17,203 bases of DNA from positions 1 to 17,203 of the forward strand of contig NW_021824715.1 in the NCBI RefSeq assembly GCF_006345805.1, read 5' to 3'. This stretch comes from Octopus sinensis (taxonomy: Eukaryota). The translations under genes and the position numbers were made by a program. Every line of letters starts with the position of its first letter. Position 1 is the stretch's first letter. The notes below the pieces were generated by a model. That model saw only the letters and a program-made list of their open reading frames with translations, was not told the origin of the DNA and did not search any database. This document shows, in pieces, positions 9,204 to 17,203 of the stretch.

Positions 9204-9745
9204 TACAGGCAGTGGCTCTCATGGCTAATCTGATATTAAACTGATGGAAGTGGTTATCATGGACATTGTTTTGTCTTGGTTTAAAGATGGGCTACAGCAA
9301 ATATTCTGCTCAATACCACAGATTTACTTGTCAGTTGTTTGACCTTAACCAGTTGAGCATGTCCCTTAGTGGCTGACGATATGTGGATCTCTGATTACGA
9401 GCAGAAGTAGTTGGGGGAGCATCATAGCCATGTGTTGAGAGGGATTCTTTGGGGTTTGAATAATTCACCTCTGGAAACATGGGTGTTCGTTCAACATCCT
9501 TAAACAACCCTTAGTCGGGGACCTTTTGAGCGGGATGGCTACTCAACCTGAAGAAAATTCTAACTGGGCCCCACCTGCAAGGTCATGTGCTGTTTATCTT
9601 GATATGAGATCACCATGTCGCGCACATATGGTTGTGATGCATGTGCCTGGTGTACCTTTATCAGACGGGTAGTCATGATGGGTATACTGGGCTTCGTATA
9701 TTTTACCCCAGTGTCACTTTGATGGCATGCACTGCTCTCTCACTC
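9204..9745 (+). mobile_element. Unclassified ~550-bp non-coding retroposon-like element, copy 2
   Basis: Direct repeat of roughly 8487-9024, lacking the first ~16 nt of copy 1, with (AAT)n on both sides. Confidence 0.7.
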
Positions 9746-9793
<48 letters not shown>

Positions 9794-9799
9794 CACTAC

Positions 9800-9888
9800 A
9801 GTCGACCTACTCAACAAAAACCCTTCAAGGCTTTGGTGTTCCAGAATGATTGCCGCAAAATGACTGAAATAAAAATAAAAGATGAAAG
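9800..9888 (+). mobile_element. Degraded SINE family B 3' tail
   Basis: gtcgacctactcaac...cccttcaaggc..ggtgttccagaatg...aaatgactgaaat...aaaaga resembles 5798-5886. Confidence 0.5.
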
Positions 9889-10034
9889 CTGAAACGACAG
9901 GGTTAAAATATCAGCGACATTAACGTCACTATTTTTAGCAGAACAATCCTCGTTTCCGACATTTTATTGAAAAGCGATGATCTACCGTTTCAAATATTTT
10001 AAAGGAAGCGATGACAAGCCATACAAAATAAAAA

Positions 10035-10230
10035 ATAAGTAGGTCACACCATTGAATTAGTCTGTGGTCTCTTTTTGTCTTGGTTTTCATGGCTATTTGA
10101 CTTCGTAATTTAGTGTGAGTAAAACTGAAGGGAAGCAGACGACACCTTTTCATTTCTTGACTTACTTTCGTCGTGGATGAAATCTTTTGAATGGTGGACT
10201 CTAACGGCTATTTTTAGATGTCTGGCTTTT
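10035..10230 (+). repeat. Unclassified interspersed repeat; inverted partner at 12533-12730
   Basis: catggctatttgactt...gtgagtaaaa...gaagcagacgacac...catttctt..cttac...ggatgaaa...aatggtgga.tctaa.ggctatttttagatgtctggct is present as a reverse complement at 12533-12730. Confidence 0.8.
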
Positions 10231-10537
10231 TTCTTCCTTTCCTTCCCCTTCTTCATCTACCTCTTCTCCTTCCTTCTTCCCCTCCTCTTCTTCTTTTTCC
10301 TCCTCTTCCTCTCCTTCTCCATCTTCTTCCTTTCCTTCTTCTATTTATTCTTCTTCTCCAGGTTATTCTAGTTCTTCTACTCCATATTCTTCACACTCTT
10401 CTCCACCTCCTCCTCCTCCTCCTCCTCCCCTTCTTCTTCTTCTTCTTCTTCTTCATTATCATCTTCTTCTTTTCTTCTTCTTCTTCACATTCTTCTTCTT
10501 TTTCCTCTTTTCTTCTTCTTTTTCTTCTTCTTCTTCT
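10228..10537. repeat. (TTC/CTC)n polypyrimidine tract
   Basis: Directly visible. Confidence 0.93.
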
Positions 10538-10547
10538 GATCGTATTG

Positions 10548-10633
10548 TCTTTTATTTCTCATTCTCGCCTTGTTTCAGTCATTAGGCTCAGACCACGCTG
10601 GTGCACTTCCTTGAATGGTTCAATAGAACGAAA
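10548..10633 (-). mobile_element. Degraded SINE family B 3' tail
   Basis: cttgtttcagtcattagg...gaccacgctggtgcacttccttgaa compared with cttgttgcagtcattgactgcggccatgcggagcaccgcctt at 17039-17080. Confidence 0.6.
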
Positions 10634-10642
10634 ACAGAAAAC

Positions 10643-10711
10643 GCACACACACACACACACATATATGTATATATATGTATGTATGTATGCATGTATGCAT
10701 GTATGTATGTA

Positions 10712-10760
<49 letters not shown>
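10643..10760. repeat. (CA)n/(TATG)n microsatellite
   Basis: Directly visible. Confidence 0.93.
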
Positions 10761-10762
<2 letters not shown>

Positions 10763-10771
10763 GGATATATA

Positions 10772-11280
10772 CCGTAAATCCTCGAGTATTGTTCGCCTCG
10801 AGTATAATACGCAGGGCACTTTTAGGGGCCTGTACCTCTGAAAAACCTAAACCTTATGTATAATACGCACTCCTTCTCTTACTTGAATCAAGGAGGTCTA
10901 TATAACATCCTTGGTTTGTAAAAATGTATACAGTAACGACCTTTATTATTATTATTGTATATATAATATAATGCAAACGTGTAGCTTTTTTGTGCATTTT
11001 GTTCGCAGAAAATAAAGAAATAACAAGATTAACGTCAGTGAAAAATAAATATTAAGTAAATTGCTTTTACGTATTTATCACTAAAAGTTACAAAAGCAAA
11101 AGCAAAAACATTTATTCAAATCCTCCAAATTCATCGTCACTTTCAGCATCAAATAACTGTTCCTTTTGTTCCTCCGTAAACTTGTCAGCATCATCGCAGT
11201 GTAAATCTCCGTCATCGTCAGATTCATAGTCAACATCAGATGATTCACTTTCATTTATTTCATCTTTCCATACAACGTCA
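10772..11280 (-). mobile_element. pogo/Tc2-like (Tc1/mariner superfamily) DNA transposon, 3' end with TIR and transposase C-terminus
   Basis: TA (10770-10771) is followed by the terminus CCGTAAATCCTCGAGTA..., with subterminal repeats ctcgagtattgttcgc / ctcgagtataatacgca / tgtataatacgcac. The minus strand 11279->11112 is an open frame, DVVWKDEINESESSDVDYESDDDGDLHCDDADKFTEEQKEQLFDAESDDEFGGFE*: an acidic tail ending FxGF, typical of pogo/Tc2 transposases. Confidence 0.8.
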
Positions 11281-11284
11281 CCCT

Positions 11285-11350
11285 GATAAATTAAGTACCA
11301 GTTGCGTACTGGGGTCGATCTAATCTAATTTTGCCTTTAGTAGAAAGGAT
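11285..11350 (+). mobile_element. SINE family A, truncated 3' fragment (tail Y, internally deleted) followed by (ATT)n to 11395
   Basis: gataaattaagtaccagttgcgtactggggtcgatctaatc...gcctttagtagaaaggattattatt. Confidence 0.7.
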
Positions 11351-11358
11351 TATTATTA

Positions 11359-11396
<38 letters not shown>

Positions 11397-11400
11397 AATT

Positions 11401-12169
11401 AAGGCGGCGAGCTGGCCGAAACATTAGCATACCGGGCGAAATGCTTAGTGGTATTTCGTCTGCCGCTACGTTCTGAGTTCAAATTCCGCCGAGGTCGACT
11501 TTGCCTTTCATCGTTTCGGGGTCGATTAAATAATTACCTGTTACGCACTGGGGTCGATATAATCGACTTAATCCGTTTGTCTGTCCTTGTTCGTCCCCTG
11601 ATGTTTAGCCCCTTGTGGGTAGTAAAGAAATAGGTATTTCGTCTGCTGTTACGTTCTGAGTTCAAATTCCGCCGAGGTCGACTTTGCCTTTCATCCTTTA
11701 GGGGTCGATTAAATAAGTACCAGTTATGCACTGGGGTCGATATAACCGACTTAATCCGTTTGTCTGTCCTTGTTTGTCCCCTCTGTGTTTAGCCCCTTGA
11801 GGGTAGTAAAGAAATAGGTATTTCGTCTGCTGTTACGTTCTGAGTTCAAATTCCGCCGAGGTCGACTTTGCCTTTCATCCTTTAGGGGTCGATTAAATAA
11901 GTACCAGTTACGCACTGCGGTCGATATAATCGACTTAATCCGTTTGTCTGTCCTTGTTTGTCCCCTCTGTGTTTAGCCCCTTGAGGGTAGTAAAGAAATA
12001 GGTATTTCGTCTGCTGTTACGTTCTGAGTTCAAATTCCGCCGAAGTCGACTTTGCCTTTCATCGTTTCGGGAGTCGATCAATTAAGCACCAGTTGAGCTC
12101 TGGGATCGATATAATCGATTCACCCCTCCCACCCAATTTGCTGGCCTCATGCCAACATTTGAAACCATT
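11401..12169 (+). mobile_element. SINE family A head-to-tail multimer (head + 3 x [core-X] + core-Y)
   Basis: A single tRNA-like head (aaggcggcgagctggccgaaac...) is followed by units starting ggtatttcgtctg at 11450, 11633, 11817 and 12001 (period 183-184). The last unit ends in a different tail. Confidence 0.92.
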
Positions 12170-12375
12170 CAGGCAGTGTTCTGGCAGAATGGTTAGCTCT
12201 CCGGCAGCATTTCGCCCGTGTCTTCGCTCTAAGTTCAAATTTCGCCGAAGTCGACTTTGCCATCTATCCTCTCGAGGGTCGATAAAATAAGCACCAATCA
12301 AACACCGGCGTTGATGCAATCAACAAACCCCCTCTTCACAAAGTTCCAGGCCTTGTGTCTATTGTATAAAATATC
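12170..12375 (+). mobile_element. SINE family A, diverged copy, tail Y
   Basis: ctggcagaatggttagc...aagttcaaatttcgccgaagtcgactttgcc...gggtcgataaaataagcacc...caggccttgtgtcta. Confidence 0.8.
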
Positions 12376-12532
12376 ACAATGGAAAGGATATAGTTGAATT
12401 GTCTTTGAATGGCCTCATTTGCTTCCTCATGGTTGACCTGAAGTTAACAGCGAGGCCACACAAACCACCATAACAACAACAGTCTATTAGAGAGTAACAA
12501 TGGCTTTAAGAAAAAGGAAGGGTAAAAAAATA

Positions 12533-12730
12533 ATAGCCAGACATCTAAAAATAGCCATTAGAATCCACCATTGATGTTCTTTCATCCATAACGGAAGTAA
12601 GGAAGAAATGAACGAGTGTCGTCTGCTTCTCTTCAATTTTACTCACATTGAATTATAAAGTCAAATAGCCATGGAAAAAGCAGACGAAAAAAAAATCAGT
12701 TTAGTGAATGGTTTGACCCACTTTCTTATT
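12533..12730 (-). repeat. Unclassified interspersed repeat; inverted partner of 10035-10230
   Basis: agccagacatctaaaaatagccattagaatccaccatt...gtgtcgtctgcttc...ttttactcac...aagtcaaatagccatg. Confidence 0.8.
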
Positions 12731-12771
12731 CTTTCCTCGATGTATTTTAGATTGCTTTCTTAGAGCGTTGT

Positions 12772-13005
12772 ACTGACAGAATCATTAGCACGCCGGACAA
12801 AGTGTTGTGTAGCATTTATTCCGGTTTTACGTTTTGATTTCAAATCCAACCTAAATTGACTTCGCTTTTCAGTCCTTTCGGGGTGGATGAAATAAGTATC
12901 AATCGATCACTGGGGTTGATCTAATCGACCCACCCTTCCCTCAAAATAGCTTGCCTTTTGCCTCCACCCTCTAAAAACAATTCAGGCCTCGTTCCTATAG
13001 CAGAT
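12772..13005 (+). mobile_element. SINE family A, old diverged copy, tail Y followed by (ATT)n
   Basis: ctgacagaatcattagcacgccggacaaa...ttacgttttgatttcaaatcc...cctttcggggtggatgaaataagta...cactggggttgatctaatcgac. Confidence 0.75.
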
Positions 13006-13035
13006 ATTATTATTATTATTGTTATCATTATTATT

Positions 13036-13423
13036 AAGGCGGTGAGCTGGCAGAAACGTTAGCACGCTGGGCGAAATGCGTAGCCGTATTTCGTCTGCCG
13101 TTACGTTCTGAGTTCAAATTCCGCCGAGGTCGACTTTGCCTTTCATCCTTTAGGGCTCGATTAAATAAGTACCAGTTACGCACTGGGGATCGATATAATC
13201 GACTTAATCCGTTTTGCCTGTCCTTGTTTGTCCTCTCTGTGTTTAGCCCCTTGTGAGTAGTAAAGAAATAGGTATTTCGTCTGCCGTTACGGGGTCGATA
13301 AATTAAGTACCAGTTACGCACTGGGATCGATATAATCGATTTAATCTGTCTGTCTGTCCTCTCTGTGTTTAGCCCCTTGTGGGTAGTAAAGAAATAGGTA
13401 TTTCGTGTCTTTATGTTCTGAGT
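13036..13423 (+). mobile_element. SINE family A multimer (head + full unit + deleted unit + partial unit)
   Basis: Head aaggcggtgagctggcagaaacgttagc. Units restart at 13271 and 13397 through the same aagaaata|ggtatttcgt junction. Unit 2 lacks the B box and 5' core (ccgttacg|gggtcgata). Confidence 0.9.
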
Positions 13424-13470
13424 ACTCGCCATATTTTATACTTCTATGATTTTAATCTTATGTTATATAT

Positions 13471-13686
13471 TCTTTTCTACTCTAGGCACAAAGCCCGAAA
13501 CTTTTGGGGAAGGGGTCAGTCGATTAGATCGACCCCAGTATGCAACTGGTACTAAATTTATCGTCCCCGAATGGATTAAAGGCAAAGTCGACCTCTACGG
13601 AATTTGAACTCAGAACGTAGCGACGGGCGAAATAGCGCTAAGCATTTCGTCCTGTGTGTTAACGTTTCTGCCAGCTCGACGCCTTA
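13471..13686 (-). mobile_element. SINE family A, full-length monomer, tail Y
   Basis: The reverse complement runs from aaggcgtcgagctggcagaaacgtt through gagttcaaattcc and the core to ...gtgcctagagtagaaaaga. Confidence 0.88.
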
Positions 13687-13749
13687 ATGAGAATAACAAA
13701 TAATGAATGAATTAAAAACGAAGAAATTTTTAATAATTTGAAAGAATAA

Positions 13750-15550
13750 AGAATGAAATGAATGAAATGAATGAAAGAATGAATGAGTGAATGAGTGTAG
13801 AATGAATGAATGAAAGAATGAAAGAATGAGTATATGAGTGAAGAATGAAAGAATAGAGGAATGAAAGAACGAATGAGTGAATGAGTGAAGAATGAAAGAT
13901 TAGAGGAATGAAAGAACGAATGAGTGAAGAATGAAAGATTAGAGGAATGAAAGAACGAATGAGTGAATGAGTGAAGAATGAAAGAATAGAGGAATGAAAG
14001 AACGAATGAGTGAATGAGTGAAGAATGAGATTAGAGGAATGAAAGAACGAATGAGTGAAGAATGAAAGATTAGAGGAATGAAAGAACGAATGAGTGAATG
14101 AGTGAAGAATGAAAGAATAGAGGAATGAAAGAACGAATGAGTGAATGAGTGAAGAATGAAAGAATAGAGGAATGAAAGAACGAATGAGTGAAGAATGAAA
14201 GATTAGAGGAATGAAAGAACGAATGAGTGAATGAGTGAAGAATGAAAGAACGAATGAATGAATGAGTGAGAAATGAAAGATTAGAGGAATGAAAGAACGA
14301 ATGAATGAATGAGTGAAGAATGAAAGATTAGAGGAATGAAAGAACGAATGAGTGAATGAGCGAAGAATGAAAGATTAGAGGAATGAAAGAACGAATGAGT
14401 GAATGAGTGAAGAATGAAAGAACGAATGAATGAATGAGTGAGATGTGAAAGATTAGAGGAATGAAAGAACGAATGAATGAATGAGTGAAGAATGAAAGAT
14501 TAGAGGAATGAAAGAACGAATGAATGAATGAGTGAAGAATGAAAGATTAGAGGAATGAAAGAACGAATGAGTGAATGAGTGAGGAATGAAAGAACGAATG
14601 AATGAATGAGTGAAGAATGAAAGATTAGAGGAATGAAAGAACGAATGAGTGAATGAGCGAAGAATGAAAGATTAGAGGAATGAAAGAACGAATGAATGAA
14701 TGAGTGAAGAATGAAAGATTAGAGGAATGAAAGAACGAATGAGTGAATGAGTGAGGAATGAAAGAACGAATGAATGAATGAGTGAAGAATGAAAGATTAG
14801 AGGAATGAAAGAACGAATGAGTGAATGAGCGAAGAATGAAAGATTAGAGGAATGAAAGAACGAATGAGTGAATGAGTGAAGAATGAAAGAACGAATGAAT
14901 GAATGAGTGAGAAATGGAAGATTAGAGGAATGAAAGAACGAATGAATGAATGAGTGAAGAATGAAAGATTAGAGGAATGAAAGAACGAATGAGTGAATGA
15001 GCGAAGAATGAAAGATTAGAGGAATGAAAGAACGAATGAGTGAATGAGTGAAGAATGAAAGAACGAATGAATGAATGAGTGAGATGTGAAAGATTAGAGG
15101 AATGAAAGAACGAATGAATGAATGAGTGAAGAATGAAAGATTAGAGGAATGAAAGAACGAATGAGTGAATGAGTGAAGAATGAAAATTAGAGGAATGAAA
15201 GAACGAATGAGTGAATGAGTGAGGAATGAAGAACGAATGAATGAATGAGTGTAGAATGAAAGATTAGAGGAATGAAAGAACGAATGAGTGAATGAGCGAA
15301 GAATGAAAGATTAGAGGAATGAAAGAACGAATGAATGAATGAGTGAAGAATGAAAGATTAGAGGAATGAAAGAACGAATGAGTGAATGAGTGAGGAATGA
15401 AAGAACGAATGAATGAATGAGTGAAGAATGAAAGATTAGAGGAATGAAAGAACGAATGAGTGAATGAGCGAAGAATGAAAGATTAGAGGAATGAAAGAAC
15501 GAATGAATGAATGAGCGAAGAATGAAAGATTAGAGGCATGAAAGAATGAA
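13750..15550. repeat. GAAT-derived purine-rich satellite, 47-bp main unit with 31- and 39-bp variants
   Basis: The unit gagtgaa gaatgaaa gattagag gaatgaaa gaacgaat gagtgaat is repeated over about 1.8 kb. Confidence 0.96.
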
Positions 15551-15702
15551 TGACTTTGGGAAAGAAAGAAAGGAAGAAGAAAAAAAAGCAGAAAAAATGA
15601 AAACATAATACATAAAAAAGGAGGCAGACAAAAATTAAAGAGGAATTCTGAATAACACAAATGCATAAAAATAATTCCCAAACGCTATGTAATATCTATT
15701 GT

Positions 15703-15735
15703 TGTATATATATATAATACCACACACACACTATA

Positions 15736-15805
<70 letters not shown>

Positions 15806-15899
15806 TATATATATTATATATATATATAGTGTGTATTATATATATATATATATATAATATATATATATATGTGTGGTGTATATATATATATATATATAT
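15703..15899. repeat. (TA)n microsatellite
   Basis: Directly visible. Confidence 0.95.
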
Positions 15900-16222
15900 G
15901 AAAGAGAGAAAGAAATAGAAAAAATTACGAATACCAATAAGGATAAAATAAAAAAATAAAATAATAAACAAAGAAAATAAAAAAGAAAAACAAATAACTA
16001 GAGAACAGAGAAAGGGAGAAAGCGTGGATGGGGAAAAAGTACGAGGGAGAAAAATTGAATAAATAAATTATATAAAATATGAAGAAACAAAACTGGAAAA
16101 ATTCAGGTCAAAATTGCGAAACGGGGCAAACGCGGTGTAGTTGAGGTTTTGAAATTTTAATTAATTCCTCCTAAATTGAATTAGTCTGTCTGGAAACATT
16201 ATCAAAATGATTAATTAACCCT

Positions 16223-16302
16223 ACATGTGTATATACATACATACATACATACATACATTTACAACACATATTTAATAATACATATATACTACATACATAT
16301 AT

Positions 16303-16401
<99 letters not shown>

Positions 16402-16550
16402 TATATATATTATTGTAAATACGTATATACATATATATATTATATAACACACACATATATATATGTAGAAATATCCATAAACTATGTAAACATGAATATA
16501 TATACATTTACATATACATATATATGTATGTATGTGTATATATGTATGTA

Positions 16551-16582
<32 letters not shown>

Positions 16583-16588
16583 GATAGA
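16223..16588. repeat. (TACA)n/(TA)n microsatellite
   Basis: Directly visible. Confidence 0.95.
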
Positions 16589-16796
16589 TTTTCAGAAATT
16601 TTGCATGACTGTATCAGAAAATTTCTTCATACAACTTGATCAAATATCCATATGAGCTATATGTAGACATGCATAAATTCTATAGGTTTAAAACCTTTCA
16701 TCGGATCTCCATGAATCGAACTTTCTTCAATGCAGTTAATCTAACAACCTCTTTTGTAATACCCCCCTTTTGATGTTTGGGAATTCTCTGATATTT

Positions 16797-16885
16797 TTTC
16801 GGCTGACGAGTACGAGCCATCTGTATTCACTGCATTTTTTGTAGCTTATTAAAGATGTCCTCGTACGAAACGATCGTAACCGAGA
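16797..16885 (+). ncRNA. Type I hammerhead ribozyme motif (Penelope-like-element minimal type)
   Basis: Stem I 5' TTTCGG (16797-16802); core CTGACGA (16803-16809); stem II GTACGAG (16810-16816) pairing with CTCGTAC (16860-16866); GAAA (16867-16870); palindromic stem III ACGATCGT; cleavage triplet GTA (16876-16878); stem I 3' CCGAGA (16880-16885) after one extra A. Confidence 0.78.
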
Positions 16886-17024
16886 TTTTAATCCATTCTT
16901 TCTTGTTTTTTCCTATATATATTATAATATATAGAATAGATATATATATACTGTGTGTATAGATATATATATATATAGATATACCTACCGTACATATGTA
17001 TGTATGTAATATATATATATATAT

Positions 17025-17203
17025 TTCTCTGTTTTTTACTTGTTGCAGTCATTGACTGCGGCCATGCGGAGCACCGCCTTTAGTCGAAGAAATCGGTCCC
17101 AGGACTTATTCTTCGTAAGCTAGTACTTATTCTATCGGCTTCTGCTGCGATCCGCTTCGTTACGGCGACGTAACAACACCAGCATCGGTTGTCAAGCGAT
17201 GGT
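17025..17203 (-). mobile_element. SINE family B, 3' half, runs off the window edge
   Basis: ttacttgttgcagtcattgactgcggccatgcggagcaccgcctttagtcgaagaaatc...aggacttattct...tagtacttattctatcgg...acaccagcatcggttgtcaagcgatggt is homologous to the fragments at 2518, 5798, 9800 and 10548. Confidence 0.85.

Noticed and set aside
6215-10863. Poly-I/Y/N/L/F ORFs resembling membrane or signal peptides
   Set aside because: They arise from (AAT)n and (TTC)n tracts. Only the AKEFDK...GTENY part of ORF 7772-8161 is meaningful, and it is transposon-derived.
11401-11495. tRNA gene
   Set aside because: A/B-box-like motifs are present, but no full cloverleaf forms and the sequence continues into the SINE body. 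It is a tRNA-derived head only.
16590-16700. Penelope GIY-YIG C-terminus upstream of the hammerhead (ENFFIQ)
   Set aside because: Too short and weak to support by eye; a TBLASTN search would be needed.
16987-16992. taccgta as a second pogo TIR
   Set aside because: It has the same orientation as 10772, matches only a few bases, and lies in TA-rich low-complexity sequence.

Overview
This is eukaryotic, non-coding, repeat-saturated DNA. The SINE families and very high microsatellite density look like a coleoid cephalopod (Octopus-like) intron or intergenic region; this is inferred, not database-checked. No intact host gene is supportable: almost every ORF in the track is a microsatellite translation or an off-frame piece of a transposon. 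Recognisable content: two RTE-clade LINE fragments joined head-to-head (1-362); an L1/Tx1-type APE endonuclease relic (3004-3519); a ~107-bp minisatellite (4186-4775); a non-autonomous Helitron inside a (TA)n tract (5070-5462); a cluster of five 5'-truncated R4/Dong-like retroelement ends plus two copies of an unclassified ~550-bp element, nearly all sitting in (AAT)n with the same polarity (6428-9745); one end of a pogo/Tc2-like DNA transposon (10772-11280); many copies of two tRNA-derived SINE families, including head-to-tail multimers; a hierarchical GAAT-based satellite (13750-15550); and a Penelope-type minimal type I hammerhead ribozyme motif (16797-16885). Frequent 1-bp homopolymer indels suggest error-prone sequence, so some frameshifts may be artefacts.
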